Of a stretch of 64,000 nucleotides of DNA, positions 8,096-18,295 are shown one piece after another. Source of the DNA: a virus; IMG/VR virus record IMGVR_UViG_3300017971_000264, positions 14,056-78,055 of that record. One strand, 5' to 3'. The notes under the pieces are model-generated. The model did not search any database, had not been told where the DNA came from, and saw nothing but the letters and a program-made list of their open reading frames with translations. The stretch's first letter is position 1. Every line of letters begins with the position of its first letter. Both the position numbers and the translations under genes were made by a program.

Positions 8096-9496
8096 ATGGC
8101 CGAGAGGAAATTCGTTTTCATCAACCCGACGTACGGGTTCCACGAAGAGTCGGACCCCACGACGGACACCATCTCACTGGCTGGCTTGGCCATGTCGGGA
8201 GACATCCAGATGACTGGCGGCTCGGAAGTCACGGGACTTCCGGCAACGCCGTCAGGGGCCACAGCAGCGGCCTCCAAGGCTTATGTAGACAACAGTCTAT
8301 CCGGACTCAAATGGAGAGACCCAGTGGCCGTCCGGGAGGTCATCAATGATGCCCTGTCTTCCCCCCCTGGATCGCCAAGCGATGGCGATGCCTACATCGT
8401 AGGTTCGTCTCCCACGGGTGGATGGTCCTCCTTCTCCCAGGGTGACCTGGTTGAATGGGACGGAGCTTCTTGGAATCTCATCGTTGCCGGCGTCGGTGCA
8501 GAGCCTGCTGATGGCCTACGAGTCATCGTGACCGAAGGCACCGCGGCGGGTTCGTTCGTAGGCGAGGAAGGCAACATCGGTATCTACGATGCAGGAGGAG
8601 ACTCCTGGTCGTTCAACACTCCGGAGGATGGCTGGGCTGTTCTCATCAACGGCGAGAACGGTGTCGACGAGAACACAGCATGGACCTACGACACGGACAC
8701 GTGGGTGCAGTTCTCCGGTGCTGGCCAGATCAATGCGGGTGCCGGTCTTGACAAGAGCGGCAACACCATCTTCGTGGGCAACGGAGACGGAATCAAGGTC
8801 AACGCAGACTCCATCGAGGTGGAGGTTTCGGCGACCAACCCAGGTTTGGAGTTCGAGGGAACGTCTCCGAACAAGACCCTCGCAGTTCAGGTATCGTCCA
8901 CCGGCGGTCTCCAGAAGACGGCCTCTGGTGTCGAGGTCAAGCTCGACGACACGCCAGACACCCTGGATGTGGACGCCGACGGCCTGAAGGTTGTAGGTCT
9001 CCCCTCTCTGTTCAAGATCAATGACGTGGCGGTAGGCTCCGACGTGACGGCAGCCAACCTGGATACGCTCACCGACGGCAGCAATGCGGATGCCCTGCAT
9101 ACGCACACCATCGCCGCGGTGGACGAAGCCAAGCGCGTCGAAGACACCCACACGAACAACGTGGCGGTGTCAACAGGACAGGTGGTTCGTTGGAGCGGTA
9201 CCAACAACGAGATCACCCCGGCTGCGAACAACAGCGCCCCCAACGCCCGAGCTGTGGGTGTTGCACGTCAAGGCGGCGGTGGTTCGCCGGCGACGTCCGA
9301 AATCGTCAAGCATGGTGTGTGCGCCGGTGTTCTTTCGAGCGCAACGGTCAACACTCCGTACTTCCTCGGCTCCGCTGGTGCGTTGGTCACCTGGGGAAGC
9401 ATTCCGCTTCCGGGCCGTATCATCCGAGTGGGCTACGCCATCAACGCGACCGACCTCGATGTCCAGATCATGGACCTCGGCTGGCGGCGTGCGTAA
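8096..9496 (+). CDS. Head fibre protein with DUF2793-like module
   Basis: AASKAYVD, PPGSPSDGDAYIV...WDGASW, AGAGL fibre repeats. Confidence 0.8.
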   Translation: MAERKFVFINPTYGFHEESDPTTDTISLAGLAMSGDIQMTGGSEVTGLPATPSGATAAASKAYVDNSLSGLKWRDPVAVREVINDALSSPPGSPSDGDAYIVGSSPTGGWSSFSQGDLVEWDGASWNLIVAGVGAEPADGLRVIVTEGTAAGSFVGEEGNIGIYDAGGDSWSFNTPEDGWAVLINGENGVDENTAWTYDTDTWVQFSGAGQINAGAGLDKSGNTIFVGNGDGIKVNADSIEVEVSATNPGLEFEGTSPNKTLAVQVSSTGGLQKTASGVEVKLDDTPDTLDVDADGLKVVGLPSLFKINDVAVGSDVTAANLDTLTDGSNADALHTHTIAAVDEAKRVEDTHTNNVAVSTGQVVRWSGTNNEITPAANNSAPNARAVGVARQGGGGSPATSEIVKHGVCAGVLSSATVNTPYFLGSAGALVTWGSIPLPGRIIRVGYAINATDLDVQIMDLGWRRA

Positions 9497-9510
9497 TCAG
9501 CGGGTGATGC

Positions 9511-9837
9511 ATGACGGATCGCGTTCAGGTCGTCAAATGGGAGAGTCCGTCTAAGGGCGGAACACAAGAAGATACCGTCCCGACGGAGATCAATCCCAAC
9601 GAAGACGGCCTGGACGCTCGCGCCTTATTCATCCAGAATGACACCTCGGAGGATGAAACGGTTCAAGTCACCAGGAACGCTTCTGGTGACATGGTGTTCT
9701 CAGACCAGCAGGTCGACCCTATCACATTGAGCGAGATACTTGCGCAGGCGCTGAACGTGGACGTCATCCTTTGCGATGATGTCCTTGCGGAGGTGCTTGT
9801 AGATGACGTGACAGCCAATGTGCTGATCGACCAGTAG
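9511..9837 (+). CDS. Hypothetical virion protein
   Basis: 108-aa ORF in the structural run. Confidence 0.7.
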   Translation: MTDRVQVVKWESPSKGGTQEDTVPTEINPNEDGLDARALFIQNDTSEDETVQVTRNASGDMVFSDQQVDPITLSEILAQALNVDVILCDDVLAEVLVDDVTANVLIDQ

Positions 9838-9849
9838 GCGGAGGAGCGA

Positions 9850-12213
9850 ATGAAACATAGCGAAGCATCTCTTGGAGCAAGGCACGCACCCTCCAATTGG
9901 GAGTATGCGAACCAGACTGCTCGGGAGGGCGCCACTGGTCTGGTAGCAGCGGACGTAGGGAAGTTTGCACGGCAGCTTGATGATAACTCGACGTGGATGC
10001 TCACCAATCACTCGCCGGTCACCTGGACAGGTGTCGGCGGCGGAGCGCCTGCGGCACACGCCTCGACACACAAGGGAGACGGCAGCGATCCTGTTGACAA
10101 TGCGACGACCTCGGTCAGCGGACTCATGTCCAGCTCGGACAAGACGAAGCTCGACGGTGTAGAAGATGGAGCCGACGTGACGGATGCAACCAATGTGTCC
10201 GCCGCCGGCGCCGTCATGAAGTCGCTGTACGACCTGAACACCATTTTGGCAGCGGACGCGGACAACAATCCGCAGCCGCTCACGGTGAACCCGAGTACGT
10301 TTGTCGGACGGAAGGCCAGCGGGCCTATAGCGGCGATGTCTCCGGGAGAAGCCAGGACGATTCTCAACGTTGCCGACGGAGCGGATGTCACCGGCAGCAA
10401 TGCTCCACAGGCGCACGCTTCGTCTCACCACGATGGAGGCTCGGACGAGCTGGTAGTCGAGGCCCTGGCCACGGCGGGAGCGGTGGGGACGGTTCCAAGG
10501 GCGCAGTCCGATGGCTCCCTTGCCATGGAGGCCCTTGGAAGTCTGGTGCAGATGTTCCAAGGGAACGATACAGCAGGAGGCATGACGGTCGATGCCACTG
10601 AAAGGCATATCGACTGGAACAATGAAACCATCAAGGATACGGCGTTCACACACAGCACGTCCACGAATCCGGATGAAATCACCGTCAACACGGCTGGATG
10701 GTACAACGTTGAAGTAGAGGTCAACGTTGTCACGACGGCTGACACAGGGGCGATGCGCTCCAATCCGATGGTGAAGCTGCAAGTTGACACTGGCAGTGGG
10801 TTTGCGGACCTGGCTTACGAGACCATCGAGTATGTTCGAGAGGACGCATCGATCAATCTCGGCGCAGGGATTTCTATCAGCACGTTCCATGAGTTCAGTG
10901 CTGGTGACAAGATTCGTGTGGCTGTTTACTACGAGGACTCGTCAACGACGGTTGCGTCCACAAGGGCCAACGGTTCACGCATCCGGATGTCATACATCGA
11001 CCGTACAGGAGCGGCCTCCGGGACGGTGGACAACCTCAAGGACGTCGGCGATGTGAGCGCAGCAGCTCCAGGGCCTGGTGCAAAGCTGTTCTTCGACACC
11101 AATGATTCCACATGGAAGAATGAGCCGCTTCCTGTACTGGCCTACGGAGAAGTCATATGTGAGGACTGGTCGCCTTCCTGGGCCGACCTTTATGCTCACG
11201 GACCTATCTTATTCGCCAACACGAGTTTGGCTGTCACGGGGCTGGTAGGTAACGCTACGGTGGCAACCATCAACGGTCTTACACCGACAGCGAACGATTC
11301 CTACGTGGTGACGAACTCAGGTACAATCACCCTTGGTTCGGTGGCGGTCACAGCAGGAGCCATTGTCGTGTTTAATGGCTCAATCTGGGTGCTGGTGGCG
11401 CCAGGTGTGGGCGGATACGTGATGAACAGAATCCGTGCGCAGCTTTCGACCACCACGGCTCTTATCAGCCCGTACACTGATGGGGTTGATGACGGAAAGG
11501 TGATGTGGTTCGACGGCACGAGCAACACTGGTATAGAGACCACGCTCGATGTAACGATCACTCTACCGGCGACTTCAGGGTTGCCGTCGCAAGACGGTAT
11601 GATTCGTCGACTCTACCTTGGAAACCTTGGTGGTAGTGGTGGCCACCTGCATATCGATATTGCAAGCAACGGCACGTTCATTGACGGCCTCAAGTCGCTC
11701 GACGTCATAAGGAATGGCGAAGCGATTATGCTGGCGGCAGCAAACGGGTCGCTGTCACAGCCATGGGTAAGGATCTCAGGATTGGAGGACCATACTCAGG
11801 TGAGACGCGCTGCGACGTGGGCTTCGACGAACTTCACGACGGCGACGGCGTTGCCGTTCGATACGGTGGATAAATCCGGAAACTCGGACATCGCCGAGTG
11901 GACGGTATCTCCGAACCCATCACGGATCGACATCAACTACACTGGGCATTACCACTTCTCGGGTATCGCCAATATCGACAGCACCGGCGGCATCACGTGG
12001 AACCTTGAATGCTACTTGAGGAAAAATGGCACCACGGAGATCCCAGGCACGAGAATTAGAACAGGGAACTACGGGTACGAGGACCAGGCCATTGCCTTGT
12101 CCGTATTCGGAATTGACCTCGAAGACGGCGACTACGTTGAATGGGTATTCCAACAGACGGATCTCACCGGAGATCTGTGGTCGGCGACCCTTTCGGTTAT
12201 GTGTCGCCACTAG
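9850..12213 (+). CDS. Fibre protein with two C1q/TNF-like domains
   Basis: Two HAS.H..GSD repeats and KTKLDG; C1q-like segments (AGWYNV...AGDKIRV and TGHYHF...DGDYVEW). Confidence 0.8.
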   Translation: MKHSEASLGARHAPSNWEYANQTAREGATGLVAADVGKFARQLDDNSTWMLTNHSPVTWTGVGGGAPAAHASTHKGDGSDPVDNATTSVSGLMSSSDKTKLDGVEDGADVTDATNVSAAGAVMKSLYDLNTILAADADNNPQPLTVNPSTFVGRKASGPIAAMSPGEARTILNVADGADVTGSNAPQAHASSHHDGGSDELVVEALATAGAVGTVPRAQSDGSLAMEALGSLVQMFQGNDTAGGMTVDATERHIDWNNETIKDTAFTHSTSTNPDEITVNTAGWYNVEVEVNVVTTADTGAMRSNPMVKLQVDTGSGFADLAYETIEYVREDASINLGAGISISTFHEFSAGDKIRVAVYYEDSSTTVASTRANGSRIRMSYIDRTGAASGTVDNLKDVGDVSAAAPGPGAKLFFDTNDSTWKNEPLPVLAYGEVICEDWSPSWADLYAHGPILFANTSLAVTGLVGNATVATINGLTPTANDSYVVTNSGTITLGSVAVTAGAIVVFNGSIWVLVAPGVGGYVMNRIRAQLSTTTALISPYTDGVDDGKVMWFDGTSNTGIETTLDVTITLPATSGLPSQDGMIRRLYLGNLGGSGGHLHIDIASNGTFIDGLKSLDVIRNGEAIMLAAANGSLSQPWVRISGLEDHTQVRRAATWASTNFTTATALPFDTVDKSGNSDIAEWTVSPNPSRIDINYTGHYHFSGIANIDSTGGITWNLECYLRKNGTTEIPGTRIRTGNYGYEDQAIALSVFGIDLEDGDYVEWVFQQTDLTGDLWSATLSVMCRH

Positions 12214-12223
12214 GGAGGACGAA

Positions 12224-12694
12224 ATGTCCGCAGAATACGTTTATCCAGATCTGGCGAAGGTGCCGTGCCTGAACTACATCCGGGCGTACATAGCGAAGTC
12301 GGAGATGACGGACAAGAATATGACCGACATCTCCTACCATGTCGATGAGCATTGGTTGAAGGTGTGGTTCGGAGCCTCGTTATCGGCGGCGGACAAGGAC
12401 CTGTTGGACGGTATCGTTGCTGACAGCCTTGGGATGAGGGTCATCAAGAAGACACGCGAAGCCATCATGGCTGAGATTCTCACCTTGGCGAGTGTGGACC
12501 CGGCCCAGGTTGGCAGGCTCCTCGACGCGCTGGACAACTACACGTCGATGGCAGTTGCCCTAGACAATTTGAATTATTCTCTCGCTCGGATGCGTGTGCA
12601 GAAGGTCTATGCCGATGGTGCGATCACCGAAGCGGACATGAACCTTGTGTTGTCGTGCATTCCGACGTCCGATTATGAGGAGGTTCCAGAATGA
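12224..12694 (+). CDS. Hypothetical protein, possible fibre chaperone
   Basis: ATG at 12224 after GGGAGG; follows the fibre gene. Confidence 0.7.
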   Translation: MSAEYVYPDLAKVPCLNYIRAYIAKSEMTDKNMTDISYHVDEHWLKVWFGASLSAADKDLLDGIVADSLGMRVIKKTREAIMAEILTLASVDPAQVGRLLDALDNYTSMAVALDNLNYSLARMRVQKVYADGAITEADMNLVLSCIPTSDYEEVPE

Positions 12695-13239
12695 GCAACA
12701 GACCACTTGTGTGCTTGACGGCCTCGGACACCTGGTACGGCAAGGCCATCAGGGGAGTTACTGGTAGCAACGTCAACCATGCGCTGATCGTTTACTACAG
12801 CGAGGCGCACGGAGGTTGGCAAGCTCTCCAGACGGACCAGCGTGGGCTGGTGGAGGTTCCGGCAGAAACCGTGAAGCATTCGTACATCGAGTGCTACGAG
12901 TTCCCGGATCTGGACCTCATGACAGCTCTTCCGAAGTGCAGAGATTTGGTCGGCGATTCCTACGACTGGGCAGGGATTGCAGGCTTCCTACTGAAGATCG
13001 CCTCATGGCGGCTCTTCGGTCGACGAATCGTAAATCCTCTCCACGAGAAGGGCGAGCTGTTTTGCAGTGAGTTCGCTGCGAGGTACTTGCAGCTCGTGGA
13101 CGGAATGTACGATTGGATGCTGAAGGTGAAGCCCTCGGGCATGGCACCTGGTGGCAAAAGCGAAGAACTCGGAGTCCCCTCGTTGCAGGAGCTTCTCCAA
13201 GTTCATGCTGGAGTCACCCGAAAGGACTGTCCTTTCTAA
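12691..13239 (+). CDS. Permuted papain-like amidase (YaeF/YiiX, peptidase C92-like)
   Basis: NHALI His precedes YDW and FCSEF Cys (permuted NlpC/P60 order). Confidence 0.8.
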   Translation: MSNRPLVCLTASDTWYGKAIRGVTGSNVNHALIVYYSEAHGGWQALQTDQRGLVEVPAETVKHSYIECYEFPDLDLMTALPKCRDLVGDSYDWAGIAGFLLKIASWRLFGRRIVNPLHEKGELFCSEFAARYLQLVDGMYDWMLKVKPSGMAPGGKSEELGVPSLQELLQVHAGVTRKDCPF

Positions 13240-13241
13240 GG

Positions 13242-13928
13242 ATGGGGAGCAGTGATGAAGAGAAAAGAGAGTCTGGGGTTGATGACCTGCTCAAGGAGTA
13301 CATCAAAGAGATCAGGCACGAGAGGTCGAAGAGAGGAAGTCCGGGAATGGCACAGGGATCACATAGCGCACCACCACCGACGGAGGGGCAAGGGTGGGGG
13401 TGGGTAAGAGATGAACTGAAAGAAAAAGCGTCGAAGGATTACGTAGAAGGGCAGATAAAAGCTTTGGAAGCACTAATTCAGGCCGTCAATAAAGAAGGAG
13501 AGGAGACAAAGAAGATCGCCCTCTCTGGAAGGAATAAAGCGATGGAGCCACATCAGTGTGCCAGAAACAAGACCGTGGACAACCTGGTCTTTGATTCGGA
13601 AAAAAGGAACACGCGAGTGAGAGGCATCATAGTCACAGTGATCAGCGCGATTGTCATCACGGCAGGAACGCTGACCGGATGGCTGTACTCTCACAAGGTC
13701 CTCCGGGACGATGTGGACGACTTGAAGACAGATGTCGCAGGGCTTCAGGGTGGCATGACCAAGGTGGTCAAGTCCCAGGAAGCCATGCAAGAAGCTTTGG
13801 AGCAGGACGCCGCTGCTGAGAAACTACAGCAGAAGCAACAGATGGAAGATTTCAGAGACGCACTGAAAGAGGTGCTGCTGGAGGTGAAGGAAGAGGACTC
13901 CAGCAACAGGCGACGACGAAGCAGATGA
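13242..13928 (+). CDS. Single-pass membrane coiled-coil protein
   Basis: One hydrophobic helix GIIVTVISAIVITAGTLTGWLY flanked by coiled coils. Confidence 0.7.
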   Translation: MGSSDEEKRESGVDDLLKEYIKEIRHERSKRGSPGMAQGSHSAPPPTEGQGWGWVRDELKEKASKDYVEGQIKALEALIQAVNKEGEETKKIALSGRNKAMEPHQCARNKTVDNLVFDSEKRNTRVRGIIVTVISAIVITAGTLTGWLYSHKVLRDDVDDLKTDVAGLQGGMTKVVKSQEAMQEALEQDAAAEKLQQKQQMEDFRDALKEVLLEVKEEDSSNRRRRSR

Positions 13929-14500
13929 GCCGCGAAGTAGAAATAGGCGCTGATGTCATCGACCAGTTCCCGGTTTGGTCAGGGAACGGCTACGACAAGA
14001 AGAGCGGCGAGACGGTGTTCGATGTCACCATCTGGAAGGATGGTGAGCGCAAGAATCTGTTCCCGTATCTGATAGAAGAGATAGATGCATCAGGGGAGTA
14101 CCGCTGGCAGTTCCGTCCGGATGACGTGGGTTTCTGGGTCTTCGAGGTGAAGATCCCCTACAACCAGGATGTGTGGGCCGGCGAGTACCGCGTCACAGCA
14201 GCGCGACTCAAGGTGAGAGCGTCGATGTCAGATGACAACACGACGACTCGAATCCTCTTGTGGGTGGAGGTCAACGGAAAGCGCAGAACAGACTGGACGA
14301 AGGTCGAGGCGATCATCCGAGACGAAGACGGCACGCAAGTTGTTGACCTCGGAGAGAACGTGACGCCCAATGCGGAGGGGGTCTACGAGTTCGAGACGCC
14401 CTCGACGAACCTTGACTTTCACCGTGCGTACACGGTGGACGTGAAGGCAACGAGAGGCACCACGGAGTGGGATGCCAATGTCGGCTTTGCGAGGATTTGA
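13925..14500 (+). CDS. Beta-rich (Ig-like) virion protein
   Basis: Overlaps the upstream stop; two beta-sandwich-like halves (GEYRWQF and GVYEFET). Confidence 0.7.
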   Translation: MSREVEIGADVIDQFPVWSGNGYDKKSGETVFDVTIWKDGERKNLFPYLIEEIDASGEYRWQFRPDDVGFWVFEVKIPYNQDVWAGEYRVTAARLKVRASMSDDNTTTRILLWVEVNGKRRTDWTKVEAIIRDEDGTQVVDLGENVTPNAEGVYEFETPSTNLDFHRAYTVDVKATRGTTEWDANVGFARI

Positions 14501-14772
14501 TGGCAATCATTTCGACAGAGTTCTGGCTCATCGGGGCGAAGTTCTCCGGTCAGCGAGATCCGAGGTATCGACCCCACATCGAGACCGCGGTGGATCTCAA
14601 GCCAGAGCCAACGTCGAGTACGGACTTGAAGCCGACCCCACACTCAGGAGTGGATGAGGCAACAACGACAGCAGAAATGAAGCCTATCCCGACGGCGGCA
14701 ACCAACTTGAAACCTGACCCGAGCATTGCCCGGAGTCTCAGGCCCACCCCGCTTGGGGCAGATGAGGAGTAG
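14500..14772 (+). CDS. Small Pro/Thr repeat protein
   Basis: ATG after GAGG; ~10-aa (L/M)(K/R)P.P repeats. Confidence 0.6.
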   Translation: MAIISTEFWLIGAKFSGQRDPRYRPHIETAVDLKPEPTSSTDLKPTPHSGVDEATTTAEMKPIPTAATNLKPDPSIARSLRPTPLGADEE

Positions 14773-14774
14773 AG

Positions 14775-15794
14775 ATGGCAACGATTAAAATTCGGTGGGC
14801 GGTGATAGAGCTGACCAACGTCATGTCTTTGTTCGATGTACAGCGAGTGTACCGTTCAACAGACGGAGTGGACGGAACCTACGTCGAAATCACCACGCCG
14901 GCGACGCGAGTTCCGCTCGTTGCAGGAGTCACAAACTACTTGTACGACGACACTACGGGAGACCCGGCGTACTACTACAAGATTGACTACTACAACTCAG
15001 TGACGACCAATGCGTCAGACAAGTCGGACCCTATCCGCGGCGGGTTGTCCGGGTACATAGATGTGCAGGACATCCGAGACGAGGGCTTCACGGAGACGGC
15101 TATAGCAGACCAGGATGTGATTCGCGGTATCGAGATGGCTACGGCGATGATCGATAGGGCAACCATGCAGTGGTTTGAACCGAGAACCAGGACGTTTAAG
15201 CTTGACCAGAAGCGGCAGTACGATGAGCTACACCTGGACATCCCGATCATCGCCATCACGAAGCTGGAGGTGAACGGTACCGAGGAGGACCTCACGAGCT
15301 TCGCTGTTTACAATAGGCACCTCACTCAGGGGCTGCTGAGTCCGGACGACCGTGCGCATCCGCACCTCAAGGTGAAGGAGCTGGACCCGACGGAGAGGTT
15401 GTACCCACTGTTTGGGCGTCCCTTCCTTCGTGGCCAGCAGATCACTACGGTGGAGGGTGTGTTCGGGTACACAGAGCTTGGCCCGAATGATCCCATCGGC
15501 GAGACGGAAGAGGGGAGCCAGATTCCTCTGGCCTACGGAAGTACGCCGAAGCTCATCCAGCACGCTGCCAAGTTGCTGACCATCCGGTACATGTGGCCCA
15601 TCGGAAGCGGCAAGGGCGATGACTTCGCCAACCGCGGTCGAATCAAGAAAGAGCAGACCGAGGACCAGATGTACGAGATGCAAGCCGTGTCCGGCTCCTC
15701 GATGGCCCCAGGTGCAAGCGGAGCCACCGGAGATCCGGAGGTTGATGCCATCCTGTCGTCATTCATGGGTCCGGCACGTTTCGGAGGCGTGTAA
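14775..15794 (+). CDS. Head-tail connector/adaptor with N-terminal extra domain
   Basis: YIDVQDIRDEG...IDRAT.QWFEPRT...FGYT...PKLIQHAA...TGDPEVDAIL. Confidence 0.75.
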   Translation: MATIKIRWAVIELTNVMSLFDVQRVYRSTDGVDGTYVEITTPATRVPLVAGVTNYLYDDTTGDPAYYYKIDYYNSVTTNASDKSDPIRGGLSGYIDVQDIRDEGFTETAIADQDVIRGIEMATAMIDRATMQWFEPRTRTFKLDQKRQYDELHLDIPIIAITKLEVNGTEEDLTSFAVYNRHLTQGLLSPDDRAHPHLKVKELDPTERLYPLFGRPFLRGQQITTVEGVFGYTELGPNDPIGETEEGSQIPLAYGSTPKLIQHAAKLLTIRYMWPIGSGKGDDFANRGRIKKEQTEDQMYEMQAVSGSSMAPGASGATGDPEVDAILSSFMGPARFGGV

Positions 15795-16297
15795 TGAGAG
15801 GCCGATTGATACAAAAGTTCACCCTGGTACTGAGGAAGCTCGACACCAGGGCGACCGCCGATGTTGCCGATGGCGGGTATGACCCTCAGTTCCGGAGCCT
15901 TAAACCTGTCCCAAACGGGACACAGACAGGCGCCAGCACGAGAAGAGAGCAAGACGCAATCAACATACCCTGTCAGATCAAACGGCAGTTCTGGGGCCTT
16001 CTGGAGCTTCTCCAGAGTGGCAAGGCGAAAGACTCCAACATCGTGTTCATTCTCCACATGAGCGATTTGGAGAGCCTCGGTCTCAGAGACGGTACGACAG
16101 GCAACGTCAACATCAGTTCAGGAACGAGGATCGACAAGGTTCTCAACGAGGACGGCGAAGTGGAATGGAGCTTCGAGGGTCCGCAGCAACTGTTCGTGAC
16201 GGCGTGTACTCCGGCGGGACACGGCCTGAACTTCGCAGGTGTGTCGAAATTCAACCTGTGCAGGCTGATTTGCAGGCCGAGGAGGATGGGGCAATAG
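15794..16297 (+). CDS. Head closure-like protein
   Basis: Position after adaptor, size and TAATG coupling. Confidence 0.6.
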   Translation: MRGRLIQKFTLVLRKLDTRATADVADGGYDPQFRSLKPVPNGTQTGASTRREQDAINIPCQIKRQFWGLLELLQSGKAKDSNIVFILHMSDLESLGLRDGTTGNVNISSGTRIDKVLNEDGEVEWSFEGPQQLFVTACTPAGHGLNFAGVSKFNLCRLICRPRRMGQ

Positions 16298-16912
16298 ATG
16301 ATCCGGATGGGAGTACAGGCCACGGGAGCGCAAGCATTCGTGGCCACGATGCGCGGCACGAAACCTCAGTTGCAGCTCGCCATGTCCAGAGCGTTGCGGC
16401 AAGAGGGGCAGGAACTGGTCCGGATCATCAAGACCGGACTGCGAGCGCAGGCTCCAGGCGGAGACAGCATCAAGCCAATCAGCCCGATCACCATCGCGCT
16501 TCGAGGGGCAAGGGGCAAGGGGTCGAAGCCTTCGTCCAAGGCCCTCATGGACAGCGGCGAGATGTGGAGGTCTGTGAAGCTCCACGTTCTTCACGGTGGG
16601 ATGTCAGTTTTTGTAGGTGTCCACAGGAACACGATGACCAAGGGCGGGAAGTCCATGGCCAGCATCGCGGAGATGCAGGAGTTCGGTACCAAGAGCTACA
16701 AGATTCCGGTGACGGCGAAGCTCAGGCGCTGGTGGATGGCCATGTACATCGCCGGCGTGTTCAGTGCGCCGTTGAAGGATTCGACCTCGGTGCTAAATCA
16801 CAAAGGAATCTCTCCACGACCATGGCTGGTGCCGGCGTACAAGGTCTGGTCAAGGGAGGCTCAAGACTCGTTCGCAAGGAGAGTTGCTCAACAGTTTCCA
16901 TTATTTCGGTGA
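16298..16912 (+). CDS. Neck/virion morphogenesis protein (Mu gpG or HK97 gp10-like)
   Basis: Basic; LMDSGEMWRSV, QEFGT and ISPRPWL motifs. Confidence 0.75.
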   Translation: MIRMGVQATGAQAFVATMRGTKPQLQLAMSRALRQEGQELVRIIKTGLRAQAPGGDSIKPISPITIALRGARGKGSKPSSKALMDSGEMWRSVKLHVLHGGMSVFVGVHRNTMTKGGKSMASIAEMQEFGTKSYKIPVTAKLRRWWMAMYIAGVFSAPLKDSTSVLNHKGISPRPWLVPAYKVWSREAQDSFARRVAQQFPLFR

Positions 16913-16929
16913 TGGTGATAGGATAAAGC

Positions 16930-17883
16930 ATGGCTGTACCAACGATTACGTCAGTTTTCCCGGACACGGGGTCCACGATGGGCAAGAACATCGTGCTGAT
17001 TCAAGGCACGAACTTCAAAGTGCCGGTGCATCCTGTGGACCCCGAAGAGCAAGGCCCAGCGCAGAAAACAGTGAAGGTTACGTTCGACGATGTAGAGTGC
17101 GAATTGGCCGACGCTTTCACCGATACGCTCATCAGAGCGAGAGTCCCCATTTACGCCGGATCGTTCGATGTGACATACCCACTGTCCCAGGATGTGCGAG
17201 TGGCCAACCTGGACGACAGCGGCGTGGAGATTCCAGGAGAGAATGCAACGCTGGCCGACGGCTACTCAAGGACCCAACCGGACCTCGTCGGGCAGGAGTA
17301 CCTCCAGCGCGTGATACGAGAGTTCGTCCTGTTGTTCCAGCGGCATGTTTTGAAAGGCACGTTCCTTACAGTGGAAAGGGACTACGCCGAAGATCCGGAC
17401 TCCCAGGAGACGCTGACGGCGAACCTTCCCTCCATCCACATCCTTGGACCAACGACCAGGAGAAACGGCCTCTACGAATGCACCAAGGAGCCGTACGAGG
17501 AAGACCCGGTCGATCCCAACGCCTACTTCAGGAACCAGCGACCCGTGACAAGGGATCTGGAGTTCAGGATTCGTGGATGGGTGGACAACACGAACCACCT
17601 GTTTTCACTGGGCCAGGCGGTCGAGGAGATGTTCAATATCGTCAAGTGGGTTGAGGTGGACATTGACAAGGATGACCCTTCGAAGGGGTCGAAGCAATAT
17701 GAATTGGACATACTTCCGGATGAGCCTGTAGACTACGACGTAGATGCGGCTCTTGACGACTTACGAAGTTTCCAGGCGCGTTGTGTAATCAGAGGCGTGC
17801 ATATTGCACCGGAAGCTGGTACCATAATCGAGAAGGGTTACATCATTTACGCCAACGACGGCGAACCGTCCGTCGAAGTATAG
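16930..17883 (+). CDS. IPT/TIG domain tail terminator-like protein
   Basis: PTITSVFPDTG...IQGTNF IPT start; precedes the sheath. Confidence 0.7.
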   Translation: MAVPTITSVFPDTGSTMGKNIVLIQGTNFKVPVHPVDPEEQGPAQKTVKVTFDDVECELADAFTDTLIRARVPIYAGSFDVTYPLSQDVRVANLDDSGVEIPGENATLADGYSRTQPDLVGQEYLQRVIREFVLLFQRHVLKGTFLTVERDYAEDPDSQETLTANLPSIHILGPTTRRNGLYECTKEPYEEDPVDPNAYFRNQRPVTRDLEFRIRGWVDNTNHLFSLGQAVEEMFNIVKWVEVDIDKDDPSKGSKQYELDILPDEPVDYDVDAALDDLRSFQARCVIRGVHIAPEAGTIIEKGYIIYANDGEPSVEV

Positions 17884-17896
17884 GGAGGAAAGCCCC

Positions 17897-18271
17897 ATGG
17901 CGACAAAAGTTTATCAAATCACCAATTTGAAAAAGAAATCTCGTACGTTTGTGATCCCCCACCGCCCTTGTTGCATCAAGGCCGGAAGGTGTGGATGTAT
18001 CAACGGACAACCGCGTTCTCTGCATCTCTCTGCCGAAGAGGTGCGTGACGATATTCCGGAGGAATACTTGTTCGCTCCGGACATTGTACAGGCCAAGAAC
18101 GGGAACCCACCGACCATCAAAGTTACCAGTCGCGAGGTCAAGAAGGTCGAGGAAGCAAAGGCACCTGCGCCGGCGGACAAGGACGCGAAGCCGTCCAAAC
18201 CAGGAGCGCAGACCTCGGGTAAGCCCACGGGCAAGAACGACGACAAGAAGAAGAGCAAGAAGAAAGATTAA
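17897..18271 (+). CDS. Hypothetical basic protein
   Basis: SD GGGAGG; HxxCC...CGC cluster; Lys-rich tail. Confidence 0.7.
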   Translation: MATKVYQITNLKKKSRTFVIPHRPCCIKAGRCGCINGQPRSLHLSAEEVRDDIPEEYLFAPDIVQAKNGNPPTIKVTSREVKKVEEAKAPAPADKDAKPSKPGAQTSGKPTGKNDDKKKSKKKD

Positions 18272-18295
18272 CCATCAACCCCCAAGGAGGGAGCT

